From positions 44,087 to 108,086 of IMG/VR virus record IMGVR_UViG_3300027744_000013: a DNA stretch of 64,000 nt, one strand, 5' to 3'. The notes under the pieces were generated by a model. That model saw only the letters and a list, made by a program, of their open reading frames with translations, was not told the DNA's origin and did not search any database. This DNA is from a virus. A program made the translations under genes and the position numbers. This document shows positions 1 to 9,594 of the stretch, piece by piece; positions within the stretch are counted from its first letter, which is position 1, and each line of letters begins with the position of its first letter.

Positions 1-2
1 AT

Positions 3-1076
3 TGCGATGAGTTTGCATTTGTGCAACCTAATATTGCTGAAGAATTTTGGACGTCAATATCACCAACACTAGCAACTGGCGGTAGGGCAATTTTAACTTC
101 AACACCTAACAGTGACGAAGATACGTTTGCTATTATTTGGAAAGAGTCACAAGATAAATTTGACACACACGGAAACGAGCGTACTGATGATTTAGGACGC
201 AATGGGTTTCACGGATTCCGTGCAGAATGGAATGAACATCCAGATCGTGACGAAGCATGGAAAGCTGTTGAAATGGGACGTATTGGCGAGGAACGTTTCC
301 GTCGAGAATATGGGTGCGAGTTTTTAATCTATGACGAAACATTAATTAGCTCGCTTAAACTAACAGACATGCTAGGCAAAGAACCTGCCTTTAAGATGGG
401 ACAAGTACGCTGGTATAAAAAGCCAACGCCAGGCAACACTTACCTTGTGGGATTAGATCCTAGTTTAGGTACAGGTGGAGATTATGCAGGTATTCAAGTA
501 TTTGAATTGCCCAGTATGATACAATGTGCAGAGTGGCAACACAATCTAACTATTATACAAGATCAAGTTAGGATTTTTCGAGATGTTGTAAAGTATATAC
601 AAGAAGAGATCGGACACGAATACAGTAATAACATTTATTGGTCAGTAGAAAATAACACCCTAGGAGAAGCCGCCCTAGTAGTTATTGCTAACTTAGGCGA
701 AGAAACATTCCCCGGATTGTTCTTAAGTGAGCCAGTACGCAAAGGGCATGTGCGCAAGTTCCGCAAAGGATTTAACACTACACACGGTAATAAGATTTCA
801 GCTTGTAGTAGATTAAAGTATTTTATTGAAGAAAACAGGATGATTGTACACAGTAAGATGCTAATAAGTGAACTTAAAACATTTATTGCCGCGGGTGTAA
901 CCTTTAAAGCTAAAGAAGGACAACACGACGATTTAGTTAGTGCGCTATTGCTAATAGTGCGTATGACTGTAATTTTAGCAGATTGGGATCCAGCTGTATT
1001 TGATAAACTCAGTATAGAAGGCCAATTAGACGATGATTGGGAAGCTCCGCTACCAATATTCATTTCCAGTAATTAG
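3..1076 (+). CDS. terL: Terminase large subunit, C-terminal part (T4 gp17-like); 5' end outside window
   Basis: Frame is open from nt 3 with Walker B DEFAFV, motif III STPN, RNase H-like nuclease GLDPSLGTGGDY, and final HDDLV. Confidence 0.93.
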   Translation, partial: CDEFAFVQPNIAEEFWTSISPTLATGGRAILTSTPNSDEDTFAIIWKESQDKFDTHGNERTDDLGRNGFHGFRAEWNEHPDRDEAWKAVEMGRIGEERFRREYGCEFLIYDETLISSLKLTDMLGKEPAFKMGQVRWYKKPTPGNTYLVGLDPSLGTGGDYAGIQVFELPSMIQCAEWQHNLTIIQDQVRIFRDVVKYIQEEIGHEYSNNIYWSVENNTLGEAALVVIANLGEETFPGLFLSEPVRKGHVRKFRKGFNTTHGNKISACSRLKYFIEENRMIVHSKMLISELKTFIAAGVTFKAKEGQHDDLVSALLLIVRMTVILADWDPAVFDKLSIEGQLDDDWEAPLPIFISSN

Positions 1077-1078
1077 TG

Positions 1079-1089
1079 ATAAATACAAC
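1079..1089 (+). promoter_or_regulatory. T4-late-like promoter TAAATA, 4 nt before ATG
   Basis: ATAAATA-CAAC-ATG; the same motif recurs before many structural-type genes. Confidence 0.65.
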
Positions 1090-3351
1090 ATGAATGCAAA
1101 TTTAGATAAGATTGCCCAAGACCTTTACGGTAAAATACAAACACGCTTCCCTAATATCCAAATGGGGGACGAAAACGCCGGTGTACTAAGCAAAAAGGAA
1201 GATATTCCTAATGCTCGATTCTTTGAGTTTGAATACGAAGAAAACGGCGAATCATTAGGCACTATTGCTATTACCCTTGATGCCCAAGACGGGATTGTGC
1301 TACAAGTTAGCGGCGATTTAGTCAACGATAACAGCAACACAACGCACCACAGTGCGTACAAGTTTATCCGCGGTTTTAGATCATTTGCAAAAGACAGATT
1401 ATTAAACTTCGATGTGCAAAACATCGGTAAGAGCAACTTAGACAAACGAGACTACGAGTTTCAGGCCAAACGTAAGGAAAATGCCATGCCCGCAATTATG
1501 GAAAACAAGATGTACGGTAATGCCCGTATGAGTTATCAAGATTTAGGCGAAAATGCTAGACTAGTTGTCAAGCACACACAGCCAATCAATATGGAACTTG
1601 CCGCCGGACGTACAATGCACATTGATAGCATTTACATCGAAAACGCACAAGGCGAACGATTCCGTTACCCAGCAAAGCATTTAAATGGTGCTCGTGCATT
1701 AGCAGAGCATATCAAAGCAGGCGGCAATCCATACGATCCAATTGGCAAACACATTTGCAGTCTAAGTGAAGAACTAGCAAGCCTACGCAAGTTCAAAGGT
1801 TATGTTAACCGCCAAGAACAAGTTAGTGAAGCAATGGGCAGTGTTACTGATCGTGTTCTAGAACGCATTGAACAAATTAAAGAAACTATCCACAAGTTAC
1901 AACGTCCAGCATATTATCAATCATTTGTAGAAACATTTGAAGCTCAAGAAGAACAAATGATTCCTGAAGAAATTGCAAATGACCTAATTGACCGTTTGAC
2001 AATCCGCACATTTAACGAAGAATTAAAAGCAGTATTCCCGTACATTTATAAGTTTGTTGACGAGTCACAATTAGATGTATTAGAAATTGGTGTTGACGAA
2101 TTACTAAGCGATGCATACAATCCTAACTCAGTAGATGCTGAACATCGTCGTAGTTTAGAAAAATCGCAGGAAGACAGCTTAAAGAAAAAAGCAGAGGACG
2201 GGGATGAGTCAGCTAAGAAGCGGTTGCAAGCATTAAAAGATAAAAAAGAACGTATGCGTAACGATTACAACGATCGTATGGAGCGCGAATCCATAGATCC
2301 TGAACTAGCATACGAAAACTTCATGAATGATATCGTCCGTGAAGATAAAGACGAACTGTTTAGTCCTAATAAGTCAGCTCAACAAACAGCTATCAAACAA
2401 TTAAACGATATTTTATCACAACCGTTAATGGGCGGCCCACAAGGCATCAATGCTATACAAAGCCTTAAAGGATTAATTGATGATCCTGAATTTTTACAAT
2501 CGTTGCAAGACATTGATCCAGAGTTAGATATACGTCCATTAGTACAACAGTTTATTTTACAAAAAGACCCAGAACTATCAATGCGATTAAACTTCAGTGG
2601 TGAAGATAATGAAGCACCTGCTCCAGCAGCACCTGCTCCGTTAGCGCCTGCTCCAGAAGCACCACCAGCGCCTGCTCCAGAAGCACCACCGGCTGAAGCA
2701 CCACCAGCTGAAGCACCACCCCCAGCTCCAGTAGCTGAAGCTACAGATGATAGTCCTCCATGGGATGTAGATCCTAAAGAGAAAAAGTCTAAACCAACAA
2801 CACCGGGCAAGCACGGTCAGGGTTACAGCCAAGCACGTCACCTAGCACGTCAAGGTATGGCAGATGCTATGAAGAAAGCGGTCAAAGCTGGTGCAAAATT
2901 AGAAACTCAATTAGACTTTGGTCATGGTGTTAAAACTATCCAAGAAATTCTAAGCGATTGCGGAATGAGTCCTCAAGATGTTGGTATGGAAATGCCCGTT
3001 GAAGGCGGATTGCCAGCAATGCTAAAATTTATCAGCGGCTTTTATAACAAAGACGAAGGTAACTTTCCATTAGGCGGTATGCGCATTAAAATTAAAGTTA
3101 AAAAAGGTTTTGAAGATGGTGAGTTTGGCGAAGCTAGCGATGATGACTTGATCAAAGTATTAAAGTTCATTGACATGAAAGATCCAAGCGACGAAGCAGA
3201 TCATCATGAACAACAACATGTCTTAAAGTTAGCAGGTGTTAGTCCACAACCACAAATGCATGAGCCAGAAGCACACGTTAGTCCTATTAGCGGACACTCT
3301 GATGCACATGCCGATAGTCTAGCTAGAATCATGCAGTTGGTAAGTAGATAA
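1090..3351 (+). CDS. Large acidic virion/head-associated protein with Pro/Ala-rich linker
   Basis: Long ORF after terminase, late promoter; start moved to MNANLDK. Confidence 0.6.
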   Translation: MNANLDKIAQDLYGKIQTRFPNIQMGDENAGVLSKKEDIPNARFFEFEYEENGESLGTIAITLDAQDGIVLQVSGDLVNDNSNTTHHSAYKFIRGFRSFAKDRLLNFDVQNIGKSNLDKRDYEFQAKRKENAMPAIMENKMYGNARMSYQDLGENARLVVKHTQPINMELAAGRTMHIDSIYIENAQGERFRYPAKHLNGARALAEHIKAGGNPYDPIGKHICSLSEELASLRKFKGYVNRQEQVSEAMGSVTDRVLERIEQIKETIHKLQRPAYYQSFVETFEAQEEQMIPEEIANDLIDRLTIRTFNEELKAVFPYIYKFVDESQLDVLEIGVDELLSDAYNPNSVDAEHRRSLEKSQEDSLKKKAEDGDESAKKRLQALKDKKERMRNDYNDRMERESIDPELAYENFMNDIVREDKDELFSPNKSAQQTAIKQLNDILSQPLMGGPQGINAIQSLKGLIDDPEFLQSLQDIDPELDIRPLVQQFILQKDPELSMRLNFSGEDNEAPAPAAPAPLAPAPEAPPAPAPEAPPAEAPPAEAPPPAPVAEATDDSPPWDVDPKEKKSKPTTPGKHGQGYSQARHLARQGMADAMKKAVKAGAKLETQLDFGHGVKTIQEILSDCGMSPQDVGMEMPVEGGLPAMLKFISGFYNKDEGNFPLGGMRIKIKVKKGFEDGEFGEASDDDLIKVLKFIDMKDPSDEADHHEQQHVLKLAGVSPQPQMHEPEAHVSPISGHSDAHADSLARIMQLVSR
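2611..2739 (+). repeat. Coding tandem repeats (EAPPA/APAP)
   Basis: Repeated gaagcacc(a/t) and cctgctccag units. Confidence 0.85.
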
Positions 3352-3353
3352 TC

Positions 3354-4595
3354 ATGAGCACACCCAACATACTACGCCGTTACATGGACATACTGGCAGA
3401 AAGAGTCACAATGAATCCAGATGGTACTACGTCTGGTGGGTTTAAGCCCAACCCAGTAGATCCCAACGCACCTGTGGATCCCAGACATCAAGCCATGCAA
3501 CAAGCCAAGGATCAAGCGGATCAAGCATATAATGCATGGGTTGTAACTCGCCCCAAAACAGCAGATGGACGCCTTATGCCAGCCAACTTGAATCCTGCCG
3601 CAGTTGAACGGGTGTTGGCTGGAGAAGATCCCAACACAGTTATCAAGGGTCGTAGCCAGCTGGGAGCATTTGGCACTGACCCCTCACAGTACAAAACATT
3701 GGCACAGCAGTATCTAGCATGGTTGGCCAAACAGCCCGCTAAGTTTGATAATATGGATCCCAAGTGGGATTCTCCACCTCCGGCAGCGGCAGCACCTGCT
3801 CCCGCCGGAGCAATTAATATCAATGTGCAAGGTACTCAGCAGGCCGCTAAACTTAAAGCATATAACGATGCCAAGGCTGCTGGTGCAACAGAAGAACAAG
3901 CACAAAACGCAGAAGCAGCCGCAGGAAATCTTGCTGGTGCTGAAGCACTAAGTAAAGTTGATATAAACGATCCGTCTACATACGTTAATAATCCTAGATC
4001 TAACACCGGCCCAAGTTCTGAAGCAGAACGTCAACAATGGATACAAGATCCTACAAAGACTGCTACAGCAACGGCGCCTGCGGCGGCACCTGCCAAAGCT
4101 CCGTACAAGGGCAGTGCAGGCGCCCAAGAAATTCAAAAGTTAAATCCAGCGATTATAGATGTTAATCGAATACAAGTTGGACAAAAACTTAAGATGCCCA
4201 ACGGTCAACCAGATTATATTGTTAAGCCGGGTGATACATTAGATAGAATTGCCAAAGGTGTAAAACCAGCTCAAGGTGCGATGTCTGCAAATGTAGCACC
4301 AGCCGGGCAACCAGCCGCAACTGCCGCTAATCCCGCATTAGGTACTATAAAAGGCGCAACCCAGGCAATCCCAACAGTAGCACCGCCAGCAGGTAATCCA
4401 AGCGGAGTAGGAAAGAATGCAACATATACGACAGATGAAATTGCGGCGGCCCGCGAAGCATTAAAGGATCCAAAACTCGGCGCAAGGGACAGGGCATTTT
4501 ATACTGGTATGTTAGCAAACCAACCAAAAGCAGTTAAAGAAAATACCGGATACGACGAAGTTGAGCGTATTGTGAGTTTGGTACATTACAGATAA
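3354..4595 (+). CDS. Low-complexity virion protein with circularly permuted LysM domain
   Basis: IQKLNP..IQVGQKLKMP followed by YIVKPGDTLDRIAK. Confidence 0.7.
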   Translation: MSTPNILRRYMDILAERVTMNPDGTTSGGFKPNPVDPNAPVDPRHQAMQQAKDQADQAYNAWVVTRPKTADGRLMPANLNPAAVERVLAGEDPNTVIKGRSQLGAFGTDPSQYKTLAQQYLAWLAKQPAKFDNMDPKWDSPPPAAAAPAPAGAININVQGTQQAAKLKAYNDAKAAGATEEQAQNAEAAAGNLAGAEALSKVDINDPSTYVNNPRSNTGPSSEAERQQWIQDPTKTATATAPAAAPAKAPYKGSAGAQEIQKLNPAIIDVNRIQVGQKLKMPNGQPDYIVKPGDTLDRIAKGVKPAQGAMSANVAPAGQPAATAANPALGTIKGATQAIPTVAPPAGNPSGVGKNATYTTDEIAAAREALKDPKLGARDRAFYTGMLANQPKAVKENTGYDEVERIVSLVHYR

Positions 4596-4604
4596 AGAAA
4601 TATT

Positions 4605-4952
4605 ATGAAAACTCTTCGCGATTATATAAATCTAATAGAGGATGCCCAAGCGCCAGTTCAAGCACCTGCAGATCCAAATAAACTGCTGGTGTTTATTAAT
4701 TTTGCCAGCGGTCAGGGCAACAAACAGTATGATTTAACAAGCATCATGCAAAAAAATGGTTGGGTTGGAACTCCTGCGCAAGTTATTAATCAAGCTGAAA
4801 AATGGTTAAGTGATTTTTTAAGACAACGCGGCGATCAGTGGACTGGTGCAAACTGGTCTTATAAAGGCCAATTATTGAGAGCAAGCCAAGTTGGTGATGC
4901 TGGCGCCGCTGACGAGTGGGCCGATGAAATTAAAAACTCATTTAAGAAATAA
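4605..4952 (+). CDS. Hypothetical protein with capsid-targeting-like N-terminus
   Basis: MKTLRDYINLIE. Confidence 0.6.
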   Translation: MKTLRDYINLIEDAQAPVQAPADPNKLLVFINFASGQGNKQYDLTSIMQKNGWVGTPAQVINQAEKWLSDFLRQRGDQWTGANWSYKGQLLRASQVGDAGAADEWADEIKNSFKK

Positions 4953-4988
4953 TTGAGTAAAATACTCATATTTAAAGCAAGATTTCTC

Positions 4989-5017
4989 TTGCTTTACTAA
5001 ATAAAAGTGCGTATACT
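4989..5017 (+). promoter_or_regulatory. Sigma70-type promoter with embedded TAAATA upstream of SSB
   Basis: TTGCTT-17-TATACT; long inverted repeat 5003-5033 overlaps the -10. Confidence 0.6.
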
Positions 5018-5106
5018 ATGTATATGCACTTTTTACTTTAAGGTAGATCCGTAAAGTAAACAAAGGCAAATGAAGTAAACAAAGGCTTATATAAAGGAGA
5101 ACTACT

Positions 5107-6093
5107 ATGGCAACTTTGGCTGAAATTAGAGCAAAACTTAAGGCATCTGAATCAAAAGGTTCAGGAGAACGTACAGGCGGTGATAATTCAATTTATCCGT
5201 TCTGGAACTTAAAAGAAGGCGATGAATCCGTTCTGCGATTCTTACCCGATGGTAACACTGACAACACATTTTTCTGGGTTGAACGTGCAATGATTAAATT
5301 ACCATTCGCCGGCATCAAGGGTGAATCAGAAAGCAAACCAACTATCGTACAAGTACCATGCGTTGAAATGTATGGCGACACTTGCCCAATACTGTCAGAA
5401 GTTCGCGGCTGGTTTAAAGACCCTGCACTTGAAGATATGGGTCGTAAGTATTGGAAGAAACGCAGTTACATTTTCCAAGGATTTGTAACTGAAGATGGTT
5501 TGAATGAGAAAGAAAAAGCAACAAACCCAATCCGTAGATTTATCATCGGACCTCAAATCTTTACATCAATTCGTGCGGCTTTGGTCGATCCAGAATTGGA
5601 AGATTTGCCAACTGACTTCACAAACGGTATTGACTATCGTATGAAGAAAGGTAGCAAAGGCGGTTATGCTGACTACTCAACTAGTACTTGGTCACGTCGT
5701 TCACGTCCGTTGAACGAACAAGAACAAGAAGCTATTAAAGAGCACGGCTTGTTTAACTTGTCAGACTTCCTACCTAAAAAGCCAAGTGAAATTGAGCTTA
5801 AAGTAATGAAGGAAATGTTTGAAGCATCAGTTGATGGCGAACCATATGACATGGAACGTTGGGGACAGTATTTCAAACCAGCTGGCATGAGTCAGAACAC
5901 AGGTGATCCACAAAAGACATCTACTCCTAAAGCCGCACCTGCTCCAGCGGCATCACATGATGATGAAGATGACACACCTGCTCCAAAAGCAACTGCTCCG
6001 GCAGTGGCACCTAAAGCAGAAACACCAAGTGACAGTGGCGGCGACAGTCGTGCCGCAGACATCTTGGCAATGATTCGCAATCGTCAGAAGTAA
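5107..6093 (+). CDS. Single-stranded DNA-binding protein (T4 gp32-like)
   Basis: RFLP, CP, YWKKRSY motifs, acidic Pro/Ala tail, position before uvsX, SD aaggag. Confidence 0.85.
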   Translation: MATLAEIRAKLKASESKGSGERTGGDNSIYPFWNLKEGDESVLRFLPDGNTDNTFFWVERAMIKLPFAGIKGESESKPTIVQVPCVEMYGDTCPILSEVRGWFKDPALEDMGRKYWKKRSYIFQGFVTEDGLNEKEKATNPIRRFIIGPQIFTSIRAALVDPELEDLPTDFTNGIDYRMKKGSKGGYADYSTSTWSRRSRPLNEQEQEAIKEHGLFNLSDFLPKKPSEIELKVMKEMFEASVDGEPYDMERWGQYFKPAGMSQNTGDPQKTSTPKAAPAPAASHDDEDDTPAPKATAPAVAPKAETPSDSGGDSRAADILAMIRNRQK

Positions 6094-6155
6094 AAACGGC
6101 TTGGGCCTCTGCAATCTAGTTGTACGCCCAGGTTATCTATTAGGAGAAAAACAAT

Positions 6156-7214
6156 ATGGCAACGAAAGCATTCGATCTTTCAAAATTTCGTAAAACCTTG
6201 ACCAAGGCAATTGACGGTCTAGGTGTAGGATTTAACGATCCTACAGATTGGGTTAGCACAGGTAACTTTGCGCTTAACTATCTGATCAGCGGTGACTGGA
6301 ACAAAGGTATTCCTTTGGGTAAAGTTACTGTATTTGCTGGCGAATCTGGTGCCGGCAAGAGTTATATATGCTCAGGCAACATTGTCAAACACGCACAAGA
6401 GCAAGGAATTTATGTTATCTTAATTGATAGCGAAAATGCACTTGACGAACAATGGTTGAAAGACCTCGGTGTTGACACTAGCGAGAGCAAACTACTAAAA
6501 CTCAACATGGCCATGATTGATGATGTGGCTAAAACAATCCATGAATTTATGGACGAGTATAAAGCAATGGCAGAACGTCCTAAGGTCATGTTTGTCATAG
6601 ACTCACTGGGTATGTTGCTTACCCCTACTGACATTAACCAGTTCCAAGCTGGTGATATGAAGGGTGATATGGGCCGTAAGCCAAAAGCATTAACCTCATT
6701 AGTTCGTAATTGTGTTAACATGTTCGGTACTTATAATGTAGGCATGGTTTGTACAAATCACACATACGCAAGTCAAGATATGTTTGATCCAGACGACAAA
6801 ATATCAGGCGGACAAGGGTTTGTTTACGCATCTAGTATTGTTGTTGCAATGAAAAAGCTGAAGTTGAAAGAAGATGAAGACGGTAACAAGGTTTCAGAAG
6901 TAAATGGCATTCGTGCTAGTTGCAAGATTATGAAAACTCGTTACAGCAAGCCATTTGAAACACTTCAAATTAAAATCCCATACACAACCGGTATGAATCC
7001 TTACAGCGGCCTAGTAGATATGTTTGAAAAACAAGGTCTACTAAAGCAAGAAGGTAACAGACTCAAGTGGAATGATCCTGAGACTGGTGAGGAATTCAAA
7101 TTCTATCGAAAAGAATGGAAAGATGATAAATTAGATATGATAATGGCGAAATTCCATATCAAGCCTGAAACAACAACTACCATTCCTACGGAGATAGATG
7201 AAAATGTTGAATGA
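6156..7214 (+). CDS. uvsX: RecA/UvsX recombinase
   Basis: Walker A GESGAGKS, IDSENALD, VIDSLG, NHTY, SGG. Confidence 0.92.
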   Translation: MATKAFDLSKFRKTLTKAIDGLGVGFNDPTDWVSTGNFALNYLISGDWNKGIPLGKVTVFAGESGAGKSYICSGNIVKHAQEQGIYVILIDSENALDEQWLKDLGVDTSESKLLKLNMAMIDDVAKTIHEFMDEYKAMAERPKVMFVIDSLGMLLTPTDINQFQAGDMKGDMGRKPKALTSLVRNCVNMFGTYNVGMVCTNHTYASQDMFDPDDKISGGQGFVYASSIVVAMKKLKLKEDEDGNKVSEVNGIRASCKIMKTRYSKPFETLQIKIPYTTGMNPYSGLVDMFEKQGLLKQEGNRLKWNDPETGEEFKFYRKEWKDDKLDMIMAKFHIKPETTTTIPTEIDENVE

Positions 7215-7434
7215 AACACAAATTGGTGATGTCTGGTTACTATTCGCAGACTATATTGACAAGAAGCAACTAGAACTTGTAGCTGAACGCTATGTAGATT
7301 TATTGGCAGATCACGGTGTTAGTGACAAAGTGTTGCAAAGTGCAACCGGCGTCGACGACACTTTAGATTCTGCTATTGAATACTATCTTGATGAAGACGC
7401 TGAAGACGAAGATTATAAAGAATTGGATTTCTAA
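7198..7434 (+). CDS. Small acidic hypothetical protein
   Basis: Coupled ORF in operon. Confidence 0.65.
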   Translation: MKMLNETQIGDVWLLFADYIDKKQLELVAERYVDLLADHGVSDKVLQSATGVDDTLDSAIEYYLDEDAEDEDYKELDF

Positions 7435-7889
7435 TGGGTTGGTACGTTAAAGTTAGCAAGGATATTTCTTATATTCCTGACGCTGTAGATTTCTACAATA
7501 CTGAACTAATCGATGCTCGTAAAGAGTGTTGGATTACCGGTAATGTTGAAAGAGCGGCCGCGTCAATGCCTGGGATTGTAGAACAACGTTTCAGTCAACT
7601 ACAAGAAATTGAGGCAATTTTAGAGTACCTTAACATTGAACTTCGCAGACTTAAGAGTCAGCATTTTAGAAAGTATCTTGAAAACTATCAAAGAGCACTA
7701 AGCTCAAGAGATTGTGAAAAGTTTGTTGAAGGTGAAGCAGACGTTGTTGATTTTGAAAAAATTATCAACGAGTTTGCTTTACTTCGCAACAAATGGCTAG
7801 GTATTACTAAAGCACTAGATCAAAAACAATGGCAGATTACTAATATTGTCAAATTGCGTGTTGCAGGGATGGAAGACGCTTCATTGTGA
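7434..7889 (+). CDS. uvsY: Recombination mediator UvsY-like
   Basis: Helical ~150 aa, C-terminal KQWQITNIVKLRVAGM, between uvsX and uvsW. Confidence 0.75.
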   Translation: MGWYVKVSKDISYIPDAVDFYNTELIDARKECWITGNVERAAASMPGIVEQRFSQLQEIEAILEYLNIELRRLKSQHFRKYLENYQRALSSRDCEKFVEGEADVVDFEKIINEFALLRNKWLGITKALDQKQWQITNIVKLRVAGMEDASL

Positions 7890-8311
7890 AGATAGTACTA
7901 GTTACTGGCGGGTTTGATCCAATCCACAGCGGTCACATAGATTATTTTAATTCTGCTAGGCAGTTGGGTGACAAACTTGTTGTTGGTTTAAACAGTGACA
8001 AATGGCTGTCTCGTAAAAAAGGTCAACCATTTATGACATGGCAAGATCGTTTTCAAATTATTAAACATTTAAAAATGGTTGACTTTGTTATCAGTTTTAA
8101 TGACGATGACAATAGTGCTAAACTTGCAATTAAATTAGTCCAACAAACTTTTCCCGATGACATTATTATCTTTGCCAATGGCGGTGATCGTACCCAAGAC
8201 AATGTTCCCGAACTTGATGTTGCTGGTGTAGACTTTGTATTCAATGTAGGCGCAAAAAAAACAACATCTAGTAGTACTTTATTAGAGTCCTGGACATCTG
8301 CACATCACTAA
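7886..8311 (+). CDS. Cytidylyltransferase-like (HxGH) nucleotidyltransferase
   Basis: TGGFDPIHSGH, GLNSD, NGGDR, SSS. Confidence 0.88.
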   Translation: MKIVLVTGGFDPIHSGHIDYFNSARQLGDKLVVGLNSDKWLSRKKGQPFMTWQDRFQIIKHLKMVDFVISFNDDDNSAKLAIKLVQQTFPDDIIIFANGGDRTQDNVPELDVAGVDFVFNVGAKKTTSSSTLLESWTSAHH

Positions 8312-8333
8312 TCAATTCGCCCAAACGAATACT

Positions 8334-8370
8334 AATAGGCCTTAAATAATATTGAGGCCTATTTTTTATT
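8334..8370 (+). terminator. Intrinsic terminator
   Basis: AATAGGCCTTAA..TTGAGGCCTATT followed by T run. Confidence 0.75.
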
Positions 8371-8377
8371 CAAATGG

Positions 8378-8406
8378 TTGACCTTTGACAAATTACCATG
8401 TATACT
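8378..8406 (+). promoter_or_regulatory. Sigma70 promoter, leaderless start
   Basis: TTGACC-17-TATACT, ATG 6 nt downstream. Confidence 0.65.
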
Positions 8407-8412
8407 AGTAAT

Positions 8413-9594
8413 ATGACGACTATAGATAAACTTTTAATTAAAATTGTAAATCAATCGGATCCTTCAGTTGAAGAAGTTATACCAAAGAGAGATGCTAGGG
8501 TATTGCGTAGCCTAGCAACGGCAATTTTAACACCTGGATTTATCACAGAAAATCAAAGTAAACTACTAGTTAAGATTTTAACTGAACATACTGGTAAATT
8601 TGTGCAAAATTTAGACGAACTTGTTGAGTCGTTAATAACACCAAGTTGGTCTAAACTTTTTAGAGAAGTTGATAAAACTAAAAAAATGTATATTTCATCG
8701 GCTGAGCCGTTACTTGTCATCGAATTTGCATTTTCTTCAATTATGCGGAAATCAGTAACATCTAGTGTTAAAAAAATCAGCGGTCTGGTACAGGTAGCAA
8801 GTGGCAAAGTATACTCCGCCGACCTGACTGAAGAAAATATTGAAACACTGGTCGAACTACTACAACCAATGGGTTTTGAAATAGAGGAAAAAATCCTGGA
8901 TTTTTACAAAATCATAAAATCTTGGGAAAAAACTGAAGTTAAGAATCAGTTCTTATTAACTAACATTACGCACAGCAACTTTCAAAAACAAATTACGGCC
9001 GACTTGGGTATTAGTACTCCAATTGACGATAACGTCATTAGTGACCGAAGTACTAGGTACCAATATTTTCATGAAAAATCCGGAAAAAATCCGGAAAAAT
9101 TGACCGAAATTTTAGCCTATCGAAATTCAACAAAGGTATGGGTTGATAGAAATAAATGGTCATTAGACGAAATTATTTTTAGCTTAACAGAGTTAAAACG
9201 ATTGCCGGTGTTGGTTGTCTTTGATAATAACGATCCTAAAAAATGCCTGGCTGAGATGGCAATTTTACATGAAAGTTTAGAAAATAATTCAATATACGAT
9301 AATGTTGGAATTTATTTTAGATTACCAAACGACGAGGTCGGAAGTCAGTTTAATAAATTTATTAGTGAACATAGTTACAACTGTCAACTTGATAATACGA
9401 CAAAAGTAGTTGGGGTGCAAAATGGAAAAATTCCGAAATTTTTCCTAAAAAATGAATGGCGGCCGATGAGTGTCATTTCTGTGGGAAATACGCTTCGCCA
9501 AACAAAAACATCAGTGTATGCAAACTTATGCGACTTAATAATTTCACACACTGACACACAACCAATTATTGAGACAAGGAACGTATGGGAGTAA
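8413..9594 (+). CDS. Hypothetical protein
   Basis: Long ORF; start chosen from promoter position. Confidence 0.7.
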   Translation: MTTIDKLLIKIVNQSDPSVEEVIPKRDARVLRSLATAILTPGFITENQSKLLVKILTEHTGKFVQNLDELVESLITPSWSKLFREVDKTKKMYISSAEPLLVIEFAFSSIMRKSVTSSVKKISGLVQVASGKVYSADLTEENIETLVELLQPMGFEIEEKILDFYKIIKSWEKTEVKNQFLLTNITHSNFQKQITADLGISTPIDDNVISDRSTRYQYFHEKSGKNPEKLTEILAYRNSTKVWVDRNKWSLDEIIFSLTELKRLPVLVVFDNNDPKKCLAEMAILHESLENNSIYDNVGIYFRLPNDEVGSQFNKFISEHSYNCQLDNTTKVVGVQNGKIPKFFLKNEWRPMSVISVGNTLRQTKTSVYANLCDLIISHTDTQPIIETRNVWE

